Shown here: positions 51,194 through 62,798 of the stretch, piece by piece
Layout: each line of letters opens with the position of its first letter
Numbering within the stretch: position 1 is the first letter of the stretch
DNA from: Phycisphaeraceae bacterium
GTDB lineage: Bacteria; Planctomycetota; Phycisphaerae; Phycisphaerales; Zrk34
Reading direction: 5' to 3'
Assembly (NCBI GenBank): GCA_040905565.1
Contig: JBBDRF010000021.1
Coordinates: 1 to 64,000 of the forward strand
Length of the DNA: 64,000 bases
Program-made: the position numbers and the translations under genes
Notes under the pieces: model-generated
What the model saw: only the letters and a program-made list of their open reading frames with translations
The model's database searches: none
What the model was told of the DNA's origin: nothing

Positions 51194-52108
51194 TTAGTGT
51201 GGCGGGATCATCGACGTCGGATGATCCGGCTCATCGGGATGGCCGATGTCGAATTCAAGCGTGGCATGGCCGATCCGGAAACGCTCGCGAAGGACCTGTT
51301 TGATGTCGCGCTTCACCTGCTCCAGCCGCGAAACGTCCGCCTCGGCCAGCACCACATGGGCTTCCAGCGCCCGGTGATGCTCGTCGATTTCCCAAACGTG
51401 AACGTGGTGCGCACTGTGGACCCGTTCCACGCCTTCCATCGCCGCCACGAGATCGTCAAGATTCACGTCCAGCGGCACGCTGTCCATCAGCGGCCGAATC
51501 GTCTGCCGCATCATCAGCGCCCCGTGCCACAGGATGTACCCGGAGATCGCCAGCGTTGCGACAAGATCAACCCAGTACCACTGGTAGAGGATGATCAGCA
51601 CGCCCGCCACGATCACGCCCACCGAGGCCAAAGCGTCGGCAACATTGTGCACGAACGCAGCCTTCACGTTTAGACTGCCTCGGCTCATGGCATACACGAG
51701 CGCAGCCGTGATGATGTCGACCACCAGTGCGATCCCCGCCACGCCTACCACCAGCCAGCCCGCGATTTCTTGCGGCTCAAAGAAACGCCAGACGGCTTCA
51801 TAGATCAGGTACAACCCGACGATGATCAGCGTCGTGAGGTTAATTAGCGCCCCCACAAGTTCCGCCCGCCGATACCCGAACGTGCGGCGTCGGTCGGCCG
51901 GCTTGCGCGCGATGCGCCGGGCGAGCAGGGCGATGCCGAGTGACGCTGCGTCGTTCAAGTTGTGCAGGGCGTCCGCCACGAGCGCCAGTGAACCGGATAA
52001 CACGCCGCCGATGATCTGTGCGACGGTCAGCAGCACGTTCACAGCCACCGCCGCGATGAGGCGACCGTCGCTCAATTGCTCAGTTTCGTGCGCATGCTCA
52101 TGCGCCAT
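51194..52108 (-). CDS. Cation diffusion facilitator (CzcD/ZitB-like)
   Basis: SLALVADALHNLND, TFGYRRAE, HNVAD, HHVHVW. Confidence 0.93.
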   Translation of the reverse strand: MAHEHAHETEQLSDGRLIAAVAVNVLLTVAQIIGGVLSGSLALVADALHNLNDAASLGIALLARRIARKPADRRRTFGYRRAELVGALINLTTLIIVGLYLIYEAVWRFFEPQEIAGWLVVGVAGIALVVDIITAALVYAMSRGSLNVKAAFVHNVADALASVGVIVAGVLIILYQWYWVDLVATLAISGYILWHGALMMRQTIRPLMDSVPLDVNLDDLVAAMEGVERVHSAHHVHVWEIDEHHRALEAHVVLAEADVSRLEQVKRDIKQVLRERFRIGHATLEFDIGHPDEPDHPTSMIPPH

Positions 52109-52264
52109 CGCAGCCCCTTAACGATGAAGCTCAGGTGGGCACCACGCCAGAAGAACGTGACCGCCATGCAGTATACAGGCCGCCCCCCCCTGGCCAACAC
52201 ATTCGACGGTGATGGATTCACCGCCGCTGATCATCGATGTGAACGCGATGACGACCGTTGATCG

Positions 52265-53281
52265 CTAGACCTGTTCGTGCGTCGCAACGCGACCTTTTCC
52301 CGCATGCTTGGCGGTATACAGGCGTTTGTCCGCCTGTTGGACCAGCGCCTCGCCCGACGACGGTTGATCGTGGAGAAGCGATGCGAGCCCGATGCTGAGC
52401 CCCGCCGGAAGCGTACGTGGCAGCGTCGTCCGAACGTGCTGACCGAACAACTGCCGAAGTCTTGACGCCAATTCCGAAGCCCCGCGCATATCCCCGCCCG
52501 GCATCAGAATGAGAAACTCATCGCCACCGGTGCGAATGCCGAGGTCATCGCTGCGGATGTTGCCCCGGATCAACTCGCCCAGAAGCTTCAGCAGACGGTC
52601 CCCCGCGGGATGGCCGAGCGTGTCGTTGATGGGCTTGAAATTGTCCATGTCGATCGCGAGGCAGATCAGGTCCGTCTCGCTGGAGCGGCATGAATCGACC
52701 AGCCCTTCCAGGTGATCCTGCAGGAAGCGACGGTTGCCCAGACCGGTCAGTGGATCGCGCATTGCCATCTGCTGCAGGTGCCGCGTGGCCAATCCTGTAG
52801 CCTGCTCGACGCGATGGTCGAGCGTGCGACGCAGATGGTTCGCAGCCCGTGCATGCCGATACGCTTCCAGCGTGTGTTGATACACCAGCTGGGCGAGCTG
52901 GTCTATCTCGTCGTCGCAGTTCATCGGAAGATCAACGTTCCGCGTGGGCCGTTGGGTTCGCCAGGCGTGCCGGGCTTCGTAGAGCACACGCTCAAGCGGC
53001 TGAGAGATCGCGCGACGTGCAATATGCAGCGGAACCAGCACCGCGACGCAGGTCATCATGATCAAGGTCCAGCCGTGCCCGCCGAGCGCCGGCTCTAGGA
53101 CACCTGCCGCCAGACCGCTGAGGGCCGCCAGCACGATCAGTGATGTCGTCTTCGCATGGATCGACCTTTGGGCCCAGCCCCGACGGGTTATCTCACGCTC
53201 AACTTCTCGTGACGGGTCAACCTCTTCGGCGCGCACAGTGTCCATTTCCGTCGCATCGGGTCGATTGACCACCCACTTCAA
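52265..53281 (-). CDS. Membrane diguanylate cyclase (GGDEF)
   Basis: Two TM helices; DPLTGLGNRR, DMDNFK..ND..GH..GD, RSDD I-site, GGDEF. Confidence 0.92.
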   Translation of the reverse strand: MKWVVNRPDATEMDTVRAEEVDPSREVEREITRRGWAQRSIHAKTTSLIVLAALSGLAAGVLEPALGGHGWTLIMMTCVAVLVPLHIARRAISQPLERVLYEARHAWRTQRPTRNVDLPMNCDDEIDQLAQLVYQHTLEAYRHARAANHLRRTLDHRVEQATGLATRHLQQMAMRDPLTGLGNRRFLQDHLEGLVDSCRSSETDLICLAIDMDNFKPINDTLGHPAGDRLLKLLGELIRGNIRSDDLGIRTGGDEFLILMPGGDMRGASELASRLRQLFGQHVRTTLPRTLPAGLSIGLASLLHDQPSSGEALVQQADKRLYTAKHAGKGRVATHEQV

Positions 53282-53376
53282 TAAACCTTGTTTTTTTCCA
53301 CGCCCGGTCCACTTCTATAGATACAATGTCGGGCAAGATGCTAACTGATTTTCACGATCACTCAGGGAGTCGCGGG

Positions 53377-54660
53377 ATGCGCACAATGCTCAGCAGTCTG
53401 TTACTGATCACGGTCATCGCCACAGCAGCGGGGCAGGCGAATGCCGATTGGCCCCAGTTCATGGGCCCTGATCGTACGGGCGTTTCGCCAGAGACAAATC
53501 TGCTTACAAGCTGGAATGAGCAGCAGCCCCCGGTATTGTGGCGCACGCCCATCGGCGAGGGCTTCGGTGGGGCCGCCGTGCGTGACGATCAGGTTTACCT
53601 GCTCGACCGCGAGGGCGATGAGCGGGATGTGCTGCGCATGTTCGATCTGGCAAACGGCGAAGAGCAGTGGCGCTTCGCCTATGACCGCCCCGGCCGACTC
53701 AGCCACCACGGCTCACGCTCCACGCCCACGGTCGACGACGAACTCGTCTTCACCGTCGGCGGCTTCGGGGATGTCCACGCCGTCAGCCGAGCCACCGGCG
53801 AAGTCGCCTGGAGCACGAATCTCAATCAGCAGTTCCGCGAGGGCACACCCAACTGGGGCTTCGCACAATCCCCCCTCGTCCACGGCGACCTGCTGATCGT
53901 CACGCCCACGCATCCCGAGTCGCCCGGCCTGGTCGCGTTGAACAAACGCAACGGCGCCGTCGTCTGGGAATCCGAAGCCTTCGGCGGCGACTACTACGCC
54001 TCACCCGACCTTCGCACCGTCGCCGGCGTCGAAGGGCTGCTGCTCATCACCAACAACCAGGTCACCTTCGCCGATCCTGACGACGGCAGCACCATCTGGA
54101 AATACAACGGCTACAACAACAGCCACCCCATCCCCAGCCCCACCGTCCTCGACGACGGCCACCACATCTTCATCACCGGCGGCTACGGGGCCGGCTCCGT
54201 CATGATTCACGTCGCCAAACAGGGCGACGATTACACCATCGAAGAACGCTTCCGCCTCGAAGGCGGCGCGCAGGTGCACCCCGCCATTCAGCACGGCGAC
54301 CACCTCTACCTCAACTTCAACGAGAACGCCACGCTCCGCCGCAACACCATGCGAAACGGCGGTCTGGCGTGCATTGACCCCGCATCGGGCGAAATCGTCT
54401 GGCGCACCGGCGAAGATCCCAACTTCGATCGCGGCAACGTCATCTTCGCCGACGGTGCGCTCATCATCCTCGACGGTCAGAACGGCCTGCTGTATCTGGT
54501 CAACCCCACGCCGACCGGTTACGAAGAGATTTCGCAGACGCAGGTGTTCGATCCCGATCGGCCCCGCAGCAACAACATTTGGGCGCCGATGGCCCTCAGC
54601 GACGGCCGCCTGATCGTCCGCGATCAAAACGAACTGGTCTGCCTCGACCTCCGCAAATGA
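53377..54660 (+). CDS. PQQ-binding-like beta-propeller protein
   Basis: Signal peptide; DWPQFMGP; repeated GE-x-x-W motifs. Confidence 0.88.
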   Translation: MRTMLSSLLLITVIATAAGQANADWPQFMGPDRTGVSPETNLLTSWNEQQPPVLWRTPIGEGFGGAAVRDDQVYLLDREGDERDVLRMFDLANGEEQWRFAYDRPGRLSHHGSRSTPTVDDELVFTVGGFGDVHAVSRATGEVAWSTNLNQQFREGTPNWGFAQSPLVHGDLLIVTPTHPESPGLVALNKRNGAVVWESEAFGGDYYASPDLRTVAGVEGLLLITNNQVTFADPDDGSTIWKYNGYNNSHPIPSPTVLDDGHHIFITGGYGAGSVMIHVAKQGDDYTIEERFRLEGGAQVHPAIQHGDHLYLNFNENATLRRNTMRNGGLACIDPASGEIVWRTGEDPNFDRGNVIFADGALIILDGQNGLLYLVNPTPTGYEEISQTQVFDPDRPRSNNIWAPMALSDGRLIVRDQNELVCLDLRK

Positions 54661-54715
54661 CGTTAGCGGGCGATCGGAGATCGCCGTTGCACAACCAACA
54701 CCTGAGGGCGCACGT

Positions 54716-55519
54716 TCAAAGATTTTCCGTGAGCAGCCGCACCTTCCCCTCCGCTTCTCGGACAGGATAAGTGCGGATGGGCTCGTGCGCCGGCCCGCAT
54801 TGCGGCTGCCCGGTGTGAACGTCGAACTGCGAGCCGTGCCACAGGCATTGCACCGTGCCGCAGATGAGGACGCCTCCCGCCAAGGAGCCGCCGCGGTGGG
54901 AACAGTGGTCGTCGAAAGCGGTATAGCCATCGCTTGTGCGTGCGAGCACGATTCGGCGATCGCCCACGCGCAGCAGCTTCATCTGATCGACGTCCAGCTC
55001 GCCGACCTCCGCCACGTCCAGCGCTTCCTGATTGCGATCCAGTTCGATGGTCTGTTCGCGCCACTTGCCCTTGTTGGCGTAGCGATGTTCGGGGCCGACG
55101 AAATTGCGGTGGATCAGCGTGCCGCCCATCCAGCCGCCGGCGGTGAGTAGAACCAGCCCCGCCAGTTCAAGCAGCAGTGTGACGGGCGTCGGTGGGGCGG
55201 TGGCCGCACCACGAATAATCCATGCAGCGACAAAAAGAATCACCGCGCCGCTATTGACGACCATGTGCCACGTCGCCCGCTGCTTCGCCGAACTCTTTGG
55301 CGGCACCGCGTAAACATAATCGACCACGCCCGGCACCGCGGCAATCAGTGCCGTGATGATGCCCGCCAGTGCCATCCACGCGCCGACGGTCCACCATGTC
55401 GCACCTTCGATCACCCAGCCCACCAGGTTGCAGATGAACCCGCCGAACAGGAACGCGATCGGAAACGAAATCAGCATCGGATGAATTGGATGACTTTTAA
55501 ATTGCGCCACTGCACGCAT
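54716..55519 (-). CDS. DUF2231 membrane domain fused to a Rieske [2Fe-2S] domain
   Basis: HPIHP..FPI with four TM helices; C-terminal CSH..CLWHGSQFD. Confidence 0.88.
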   Translation of the reverse strand: MRAVAQFKSHPIHPMLISFPIAFLFGGFICNLVGWVIEGATWWTVGAWMALAGIITALIAAVPGVVDYVYAVPPKSSAKQRATWHMVVNSGAVILFVAAWIIRGAATAPPTPVTLLLELAGLVLLTAGGWMGGTLIHRNFVGPEHRYANKGKWREQTIELDRNQEALDVAEVGELDVDQMKLLRVGDRRIVLARTSDGYTAFDDHCSHRGGSLAGGVLICGTVQCLWHGSQFDVHTGQPQCGPAHEPIRTYPVREAEGKVRLLTENL

Positions 55520-55585
55520 TGCGGTTCCCCCCTTTGAAACACTGCCACATGCTATGCCGGTACAGCCCCGCCGACGCACGCGATT

Positions 55586-56182
55586 TCATCCCCCCGCCAA
55601 AGCCTTCTCCACCAGTGCCCGCGCCTCGTCCGGCAGGTCCAGCTTCAGGGCTGCGTGGTGACCCTGTTCGCTCATCTTTCCCCAGGTACGCTGCAGAATC
55701 GTCATCAGCTTCGCCTCATCATGCTCGCGCGCGAAGTCGGCAAAATAGTTCTCCAGAAACACCAGACAGATCACGTCCTCGAGCGTCTGCATGTCGGGAT
55801 CGTTCTTGATGCGTTTCTTCATCAGCAGATCCCGAACCCGCGCGATGATCGCAGCGTCGTATCCCAGCTCCGCCAGAATCTCTTCCGTCCGGTCCGCGTG
55901 ATAACCATACAGCCGGGTACGCCATTGGTGATAGCCTTTGCGGTCGCGCGGGTAGCTGTCCCGGGGGATTTCCCATCGGCGAATGTGCTGCGCCCGTGCC
56001 GCCAGTCGAAGCGGTTCCGGAGCGTCCGGCCGAAGCACTTCCAGCCAGCGACTCATGCGATGCCCATACAGCAGTTCCTTCGGCCAAGGCTCACCCTGGA
56101 ACGTCTCCGATCGCGGATCGGCGGCGTTCGCAGCATCAATCGCCGCCATCGCCTGGTCATGTTTTGCGTGCAAATCGTTCAT
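55586..56182 (-). CDS. DUF4202 family protein
   Basis: IDAANAADP, QHIRRWEIPR..YP..RKGYHQWR, LEDVICLVFL, TWGKMS. Confidence 0.88.
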   Translation of the reverse strand: MNDLHAKHDQAMAAIDAANAADPRSETFQGEPWPKELLYGHRMSRWLEVLRPDAPEPLRLAARAQHIRRWEIPRDSYPRDRKGYHQWRTRLYGYHADRTEEILAELGYDAAIIARVRDLLMKKRIKNDPDMQTLEDVICLVFLENYFADFAREHDEAKLMTILQRTWGKMSEQGHHAALKLDLPDEARALVEKALAGG

Positions 56183-56234
56183 TGTGCGGACATTCTAGCA
56201 GCGATCCCCTGCCCGTGGTCACAAGGGGTCGCGC

Positions 56235-57752
56235 TTGATGAGCAAGCTTTTTGATGCGATAACAGGTTCTATGAGTCCCACAAGAAATACCCCAGGTATC
56301 AGCACCAAAATACTCGCAACCGTCGGTCCTGCAAGTGGATCGGAGCAGACGCTCAGGCGCCTGGTCGCCGCGGGTGCCGACATGTTTCGGTTGAATTTCT
56401 CCCACGGCAGCCTTGAGGAGCACGGCGAAGCGCTCGCACGCATTCGGCAAGTTGCCGAAATCTCACCCCGCCCCATTGCCGTGCTCGGCGACCTTGCCGG
56501 CCCAAAAATCCGACTCGGCGAAGTGGCCGACGAAGAAGGTGACTGCGATAGTCCGCTCGCCAACGGCATGCGGATCGAATCCGGCGAGCAACTGATTTTC
56601 CAGCGCGAGCCGATCATCGGCAAAGAAGGCCGCGTGAGCACGAATTACGATCGCTTCGTCGACGAGGTCGAGGAGGGCCAGCGGGTGCTCATCGACGACG
56701 GGCTGTTGCGGTTCATCGTCGCCGACAAGCGGGATGACGAGATCGTCTGCCAGTGCATCGCCGGCGGGCAGCTTCGCAGCCGGAAGGGCATCAACCTGCC
56801 GGATACGCCGTTGTCCATCAGCGCGCTCAGCGACAAAGATCGCACCTGCGCGGCGTGGGCGATTGAACACGATCTGGACTTTCTGGCGCTCTCCTTCGTA
56901 CGCGAAGCCAAGGACGTGCAACAACTTCGCGATCTGCTCGACAAGCAGGGCGGCGAGCAGCACATCATCGCAAAGATCGAAACGCCTCAGGCACTCGTCG
57001 CCATCGACGACATCATCGAAGCCAGCGACGGACTGATGATCGCACGCGGTGACCTCGGCGTAGAGATCGACCTGGCGCGCGTGCCGTTGATCCAGAAGGA
57101 TCTGATCAAGCGGTGTCGCGACGTGGCCAAGCCGGTCATCGTGGCGACGCAGATGCTGCAGTCGATGGTGGAATCGTCCTCGCCGACGCGGGCTGAGGTG
57201 TCGGACGTGGCAAACGCGATTTTCGATGGCACCGACGCGGTGATGCTCAGTGGTGAGACGGCTGTCGGGCGGTATCCGCTGCTCGCGGTGGACACGATGT
57301 CGCATGTGGCGGTAACGACGGAAAACTACCTGTTACGCCACGAAAGCCACAACGAGCGGTTCATCTCGCCGGTGCGGATTCCGGAGCAGGATGTCTCGCT
57401 GGCGCACGGCGCGTGGCAGGTTACCCGCCATCTCAACGCACGGCTGGTTGTCGTCTGGAGCCAGAGCGGCACGATGGCGCGCACCTTCGCGAAGCTTCGG
57501 CTGCCGATGCCCGTGGTCGCGCTATCTTCGTCGCATGCCACGGTGCGCCGTATGGCCATGTATTTCGGGATTATTCCGCGTTACATGGAGGTGCCGCAGT
57601 CGATCACGCAGTTGACGCCGAGGCTTGAAACGCTGCTGCTCGAGGACGAGCTGGTCGAGCGCGACGAGACCATTCTCATCATCGCAGGCACCCGGCTCGG
57701 CAGCCCGGGCCGCTCCAACGCGATCGTGATTCACCGCATCGGCCAAACCTGA
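56235..57752 (+). CDS. pyk: Pyruvate kinase
   Basis: TKILATVGP, RLNFSHG, IIAKIE, MIARGDLG, ATQML, PTRAE, DAVMLSGET; the real start may be 56271. Confidence 0.96.
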   Translation: MMSKLFDAITGSMSPTRNTPGISTKILATVGPASGSEQTLRRLVAAGADMFRLNFSHGSLEEHGEALARIRQVAEISPRPIAVLGDLAGPKIRLGEVADEEGDCDSPLANGMRIESGEQLIFQREPIIGKEGRVSTNYDRFVDEVEEGQRVLIDDGLLRFIVADKRDDEIVCQCIAGGQLRSRKGINLPDTPLSISALSDKDRTCAAWAIEHDLDFLALSFVREAKDVQQLRDLLDKQGGEQHIIAKIETPQALVAIDDIIEASDGLMIARGDLGVEIDLARVPLIQKDLIKRCRDVAKPVIVATQMLQSMVESSSPTRAEVSDVANAIFDGTDAVMLSGETAVGRYPLLAVDTMSHVAVTTENYLLRHESHNERFISPVRIPEQDVSLAHGAWQVTRHLNARLVVVWSQSGTMARTFAKLRLPMPVVALSSSHATVRRMAMYFGIIPRYMEVPQSITQLTPRLETLLLEDELVERDETILIIAGTRLGSPGRSNAIVIHRIGQT

Positions 57753-57782
57753 CGCGGGGCCGCGGCACGGTCAGCTGAGCGT

Positions 57783-59246
57783 TCAGGCAAGAATGTCCTT
57801 GACAACTCTCACGTCGGGCTCGACGCCTGTGAGGCGCTGGTCGAGGCCCTGGAAGCGATAGCTGAATCGGTCGTGACGGATGCCCAACTGGTGGAGGATC
57901 GTCGCGTTCAGATCGTTTACGTGGACTGGGTTTTCAGTGATGTTGTAGCTGAAATCGTCGGTCTTGCCGTAGACGAGCCCAGCCTTGACGCCGCCGCCGG
58001 CCATGTAGATCGGGAAGTTGCGGGGGTGATGGTCACGGCCGTAGTTCTCTTTGGTCAGTGCGCCCTGGCAGTAGATGGTTCGGCCGAATTCACCGCCCCA
58101 GATGACGAGGGTATCTTCGAGGAGGCCGCGTTGTTTGAGGTCGGTGATGAGGCCCGCGCAGGCCTGGTCGATATCGTGGCACTGCTTGGGTAGGTCGCCT
58201 GCCACGTTGCCGTGCTGGTCCCAGCCGCGATGGAAGATTTGCGTGAAGCGCACGCCGCGTTCTGCGAGTCGACGCGCGAGCAGACAGCTTGCGGCGAAGG
58301 TGCCGGGCTGGGTGGCCTCGGGGCCGTAGAGGTCGAGCACTTCCTGCGATTCGCCGGAGATGTCGGCCAGTTCCGGCACCGAGGACTGCATGCGGAAGGC
58401 CATCTCATACTGTGCGATGCGTGCCTGGGTTTCGGGGTCGCCGACGGTTTCGTGATGACGTTTGTTGAGGCGGCTGAGGGAGTCGAGCATGCGTCGTCTT
58501 CCGCCCGCGCTGACGCCGTTGGGGTTGGAGAGGAAGAGGACGGGGTCGCCGCTTGAGCGGAGGGAGACGCCCTGGTGGCGACTTGGCAGATAGCCCGAGC
58601 CCCAGAGGCGATTGTACAGCGCCTGCGCATCCTGCCGACCCGTCCAGCGGGGCGTCATCACCACGAACGCGGGGAGGTCCTGGTTCTCCGAACCGAGGCC
58701 GTAGCTGAGCCACGATCCGATGGAGGCTCGGCCGGGCAATTGATTGCCGGTGCACAGGTAGGTGATGGCGGGGTCGTGGTTGATCGCTTCGGTATGGACG
58801 GTGTTGATGAGCGTCACGTCGTCCATGATTTTCGCGTGGTGCGGCAGCAGTTCGCTGACGTAGGCGCCGGACTGGCCGACGCGCCGAAACGCGTATTTGG
58901 AAGGCGCGATGGGGAAGCGATCCTGCCCGCTGGTCATGGTGGTGATGCGCTGATCGCCGCGGACGGAGGGAGGGATATCTTTGTCGAAGTATTCAGCCAT
59001 CTTGGGCTTGTAGTCGAACATGTCCATCTGCGACGGGCCGCCCGCCATGAACAGGTAGATCACGCGCTTGGCCTTGGGCGCGAAGTGCGGGAGGTTCGGC
59101 AGACCGCCGGTGGCGGTGCGGGCCTGGCCCAGCGCCTGCTGGCCGGGCAGCAGTGTCGACAGGGCGGCGGACCCGATGCCGAGGGCGCTGTTGCGAAGAA
59201 ATAGTCGCCGCGTCTGATCCTGCAGGTGTTGTTCGATCGGATTCAT
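57783..59246 (-). CDS. DUF1501 domain protein (Tat), module 5
   Basis: [42 protein letters not shown]. Confidence 0.93.
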   Translation of the reverse strand: MNPIEQHLQDQTRRLFLRNSALGIGSAALSTLLPGQQALGQARTATGGLPNLPHFAPKAKRVIYLFMAGGPSQMDMFDYKPKMAEYFDKDIPPSVRGDQRITTMTSGQDRFPIAPSKYAFRRVGQSGAYVSELLPHHAKIMDDVTLINTVHTEAINHDPAITYLCTGNQLPGRASIGSWLSYGLGSENQDLPAFVVMTPRWTGRQDAQALYNRLWGSGYLPSRHQGVSLRSSGDPVLFLSNPNGVSAGGRRRMLDSLSRLNKRHHETVGDPETQARIAQYEMAFRMQSSVPELADISGESQEVLDLYGPEATQPGTFAASCLLARRLAERGVRFTQIFHRGWDQHGNVAGDLPKQCHDIDQACAGLITDLKQRGLLEDTLVIWGGEFGRTIYCQGALTKENYGRDHHPRNFPIYMAGGGVKAGLVYGKTDDFSYNITENPVHVNDLNATILHQLGIRHDRFSYRFQGLDQRLTGVEPDVRVVKDILA

Positions 59247-59281
59247 CAGTCAGCCTTTCGAGAGGGTCGCGCGCGGCGCGT

Positions 59282-62200
59282 TCAGCCCTTGTTGATCACT
59301 TCATCGAGGTTCAATAGGAGATTGGCCACCATGGTCCAAGCCGCGAGTTCAGCGGTGTCAAGCTCGGCTGCGGGCTCGGTAGTGCCGATCTGAACGAGGG
59401 CCTGGGCTCGTTCGGCGTTGTCGGCGTATTCCTGCGCGAATGCTTCGTAGAGTCCGAGCACCTCGTTGTGTTCCATCGGGACGGGGTTGCGTGCGGTGAC
59501 GTGACGGAACATCCACCTTGCCCGCTCTTCAGCACTATCGCCTGCTTCGAGCAGGGCGCGTTCGGCGAGGGCGCGGGCAGGTTCGACAAACTGAACGTCG
59601 TTCATGACCGCCAGTGCCTGGAGGGGGGTGTTGGTTCGCTCTCGCCGCACGATGCACGATTCGCGGGAGGGGGCGTCGAAGACGGTCATCTGCGGCGGCG
59701 GCGAGGTGCGTTTCCAGAACGTATAGATGCTCCGGCGATGGATATCCTCGCGGCTGGTGTCGGCCTTGAAGTTCGACGTGTTGGAACTGCTGTAGCCGAC
59801 GGCTTCCCAGAGCCCTTCGGGCTGCGGGGGCTTCACGCCCGGCCCGCCGATCTCCTCCACAAGCAGCCCGCTGAGCGCCAGCGCCTGGTCACGCAGCACT
59901 TCGCCGTCGAGCCGGAACCGGGGCCCGCGTGCGAGTAGGCGGTTCTCCGGGTCACGTTCGTGAAGTTCGGGTGATCGCCGCGAGGTCTGGCGGTAGGTTG
60001 ATGAGAGCACCATCTGGCGCATGAGGTTCTTCACGTCCCATCCCTCTTCCCGGAAGGTCACGGCGAGGTGATCGAGCAGGTCGGGGTGGCTGGGGAAGGC
60101 GCCCTGGACGCCGAAGTCTTCGGACGTTTCGACGATGCCTGTCCCGAACAGCTGTTGCCAATATCGGTTGACGGTGACGCGGCTGGTGAGCGGCTGCTGA
60201 TCGCTGAGGAGCCATTTTGCGAGGCCGAGCCGATCGGCTGGGGCATCTTCAGGAAGTTGGGGCAACGCATCGGGGACGCCGCGTTCGACGGGTTCGCCGG
60301 GAGCGTCGTACATGCCGCGTTGCATGATGTGCGCCTGGCGGGGCTCGGCGGTCTCTTTGTAGACGAGCGTCGAAGGCACGGCATCCGCGATCGCCTTTCG
60401 CTCCTGCCGCAAGGTTTCCAGTTCGTCACGGATCGCTTGCGAGGGGCCATCGACGTTCTTGAAGTAATGTTCACGAAGCTTCTGATTCTGCTCGTCGCTT
60501 CGTTCGTCTGGCGCGATGGCGAGGAGGGCAGTGACGCCGCGGCTACCGGCGATCGAGGCCACCTGATCCTGGGAAAGCTCGGTGCCGAATAGCGTGACGT
60601 CGCTGACCATGGCGTTGCGCAGGGGGGTGCCTTCGGTACGCTGGCCGATGCGGAAGTTCACGTCGTTCGTGCGGATGGTGTCGGTCAGGGTGTTATGCGT
60701 GATCTGCACCTCGGCAGGTTCGCCATTGATGTAGATGGTGACGCCCTCGGCTTTGCTTGAGCCGTCGTAGGTGACCATGACATGTTGCCAGGTGTTTTCC
60801 TGGAGTTGGGCTGTCGTGTTCAGCCGCAAGGCGTTGTCGTCCCAGTTGTGAAGCAAGTGGACCATCACACGCCGTTCGGTGAGGTACATATCCCAGCCAC
60901 GATGGCCGCGGGCGGTATCCATTCGGCTCATCACCGTGGCTGCCCCGCCGCCGCTGACATGGACCCAAGCGCCGTAGCTGAGGGGCTGATCGCGTTCAAA
61001 ATCGCCCACGCCTTCGGCCTCGACATAGGTGTAGCCGTCGAACTTGAGGGCGGGCTCGGTGCCCGGCACGTTTTCGTGTTCCCACTGAACATTCTGGCCG
61101 TTGATTGTTGCTTCGATGTCGCTTGTTGCGTCGGTGGCGACTTGGCCGCTTCCTTCGTTCAGTTTGAAACGGGCCGTTGCGGATTCGTAGACGTTGGCAT
61201 GTTCGGTTGCCAGCTGATCGGGGGCGGTCGCAAGCCATGCTGTGAGATCGTCGGCGGCTTCGTTCTCCCGCTCGGCGAGCCGCAGTTGCTCCTCGTTCAC
61301 GGCGGCATCAAGCTCAGCGAGGCGATGCTGCTGCTGCTGGCTCGGCACGCGTGCGATCGGCGGATGCTGGGCGGCGTTGCCGTCCATCGGTGAACCGTCC
61401 AGGCTGTTGAAAAACGCGAAGAAGCTGTAGTACTCGTCGATGGTGATCGGGTCGTACTTGTGATCGTGGCACTGGGCGCAGCCCATGGTCAGGCCGAGGA
61501 AAACGGTGCTGGTGGTATCGCTGCGATCGGCGACGTTGCGCATGAAGACTTCGTCTACGATGGACCCGCCTTCGTTGGTGGTGACGTGGGCGCGGAGGAA
61601 GCCGGTGGCCACCTGCTGCTCGAGCGTGGGGTCGGGCAGGAGGTCGCCCGCGAGTTGCTCGGTGGTGAACTGGTCGAAAGGCATGTTGTTGTTGAAGGCA
61701 TTGATGACCCAGTCGCGGTAGGGCCACATCTCACGGTAGTTGTCCAGGTGCAACCCGTGCGTGTCGCCGTAGCGGACGGCATCGAGCCAGAATCGGGCCA
61801 TGTGCTCGCCGTAGCGGGGCGACGCGAGGAGACGGTCGACGACCTTCTCGTAGGCATCAGCGGAGGTGTCATTGACGAACGCGTCGACTTCTTCGGTGGT
61901 GGGGGGGAGGCCGGTGAGGTCGAGCGTGACGCGGCGAATCAATGTCGCGCGGTCGGCCTCGGGGGAGGGTTGCAGCCCCTCTTCTTCGAGCTTCGCGAGG
62001 ACGAACTGGTCGATCGCGTTGCGTGGCCAATCGGTGTTGGAGACCTCGGGCAGCTCGGGTTTGACCGGGGGAATGAACGACCAGTGGCCCTCATACTCCG
62101 CGCCTTGTTCGATCCACTGCCGGACGATCTCGATCTCTTCATCGGTCGGCTGATAGTGATGATCTTCGGGGGGCATGCGATCGGCCGGATGCTCCTCGGT

Positions 62201-62518
62201 CATGCGGAAGTAGACTTCGCTTTCAATCGGATTGCCGGGCACGATGGCGGCGTAACCGCCACGGTCGGCGAAAGCGTCGGCTGCCTGATCGATGCGCAGG
62301 TCGCCTTCGCGTGCCTCCCGGTCGAAACCGTGGCAGGTGAAACAGGCTTCAGCGAGGATCGGCTGGACGTCACGTGAGTAGGAGATTTTCCGCTGGACGG
62401 GCTCTGCCTCGGCCGCCGACGCGCCTGATTCTTCGACGCCACCTGCGGCCCAGAGGAACGAGATGACCAGCGATACCACTGCCACGCTCAGGAACCATGT
62501 TCGACGACGGCTTCTCAT
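59282..62518 (-). CDS. Planctomycete cytochrome c / DUF1549 / DUF1553 protein with LamG-like insert, module 5
   Basis: [49 protein letters not shown]. Confidence 0.93.
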   Translation of the reverse strand: MRSRRRTWFLSVAVVSLVISFLWAAGGVEESGASAAEAEPVQRKISYSRDVQPILAEACFTCHGFDREAREGDLRIDQAADAFADRGGYAAIVPGNPIESEVYFRMTEEHPADRMPPEDHHYQPTDEEIEIVRQWIEQGAEYEGHWSFIPPVKPELPEVSNTDWPRNAIDQFVLAKLEEEGLQPSPEADRATLIRRVTLDLTGLPPTTEEVDAFVNDTSADAYEKVVDRLLASPRYGEHMARFWLDAVRYGDTHGLHLDNYREMWPYRDWVINAFNNNMPFDQFTTEQLAGDLLPDPTLEQQVATGFLRAHVTTNEGGSIVDEVFMRNVADRSDTTSTVFLGLTMGCAQCHDHKYDPITIDEYYSFFAFFNSLDGSPMDGNAAQHPPIARVPSQQQQHRLAELDAAVNEEQLRLAERENEAADDLTAWLATAPDQLATEHANVYESATARFKLNEGSGQVATDATSDIEATINGQNVQWEHENVPGTEPALKFDGYTYVEAEGVGDFERDQPLSYGAWVHVSGGGAATVMSRMDTARGHRGWDMYLTERRVMVHLLHNWDDNALRLNTTAQLQENTWQHVMVTYDGSSKAEGVTIYINGEPAEVQITHNTLTDTIRTNDVNFRIGQRTEGTPLRNAMVSDVTLFGTELSQDQVASIAGSRGVTALLAIAPDERSDEQNQKLREHYFKNVDGPSQAIRDELETLRQERKAIADAVPSTLVYKETAEPRQAHIMQRGMYDAPGEPVERGVPDALPQLPEDAPADRLGLAKWLLSDQQPLTSRVTVNRYWQQLFGTGIVETSEDFGVQGAFPSHPDLLDHLAVTFREEGWDVKNLMRQMVLSSTYRQTSRRSPELHERDPENRLLARGPRFRLDGEVLRDQALALSGLLVEEIGGPGVKPPQPEGLWEAVGYSSSNTSNFKADTSREDIHRRSIYTFWKRTSPPPQMTVFDAPSRESCIVRRERTNTPLQALAVMNDVQFVEPARALAERALLEAGDSAEERARWMFRHVTARNPVPMEHNEVLGLYEAFAQEYADNAERAQALVQIGTTEPAAELDTAELAAWTMVANLLLNLDEVINKG

Positions 62519-62798
62519 ATGATGACGATCCTTACGTTACGGCTCGTAACAGACAGCGGCGGAAGCGTGGAGCCACCGCCGACGTTTTGTCATGATACCA
62601 TCAGAACGCTTCAAAGTCGTTCGAAAATAAGTTGTAATACGGGGTCGAATGCGAGAGTCTCGCCACGCGGCACGTTCGGGGGGCGCCGGAGTTATATCAG
62701 CGGCAACTGCATGGTCCGGCTTTGTTTATGGTGCCATCGGCGGAGAAGATCGTTGGGGGCATCGGCGCGTGAGAGCCGCAGCTACCTGGTGAGACAGG

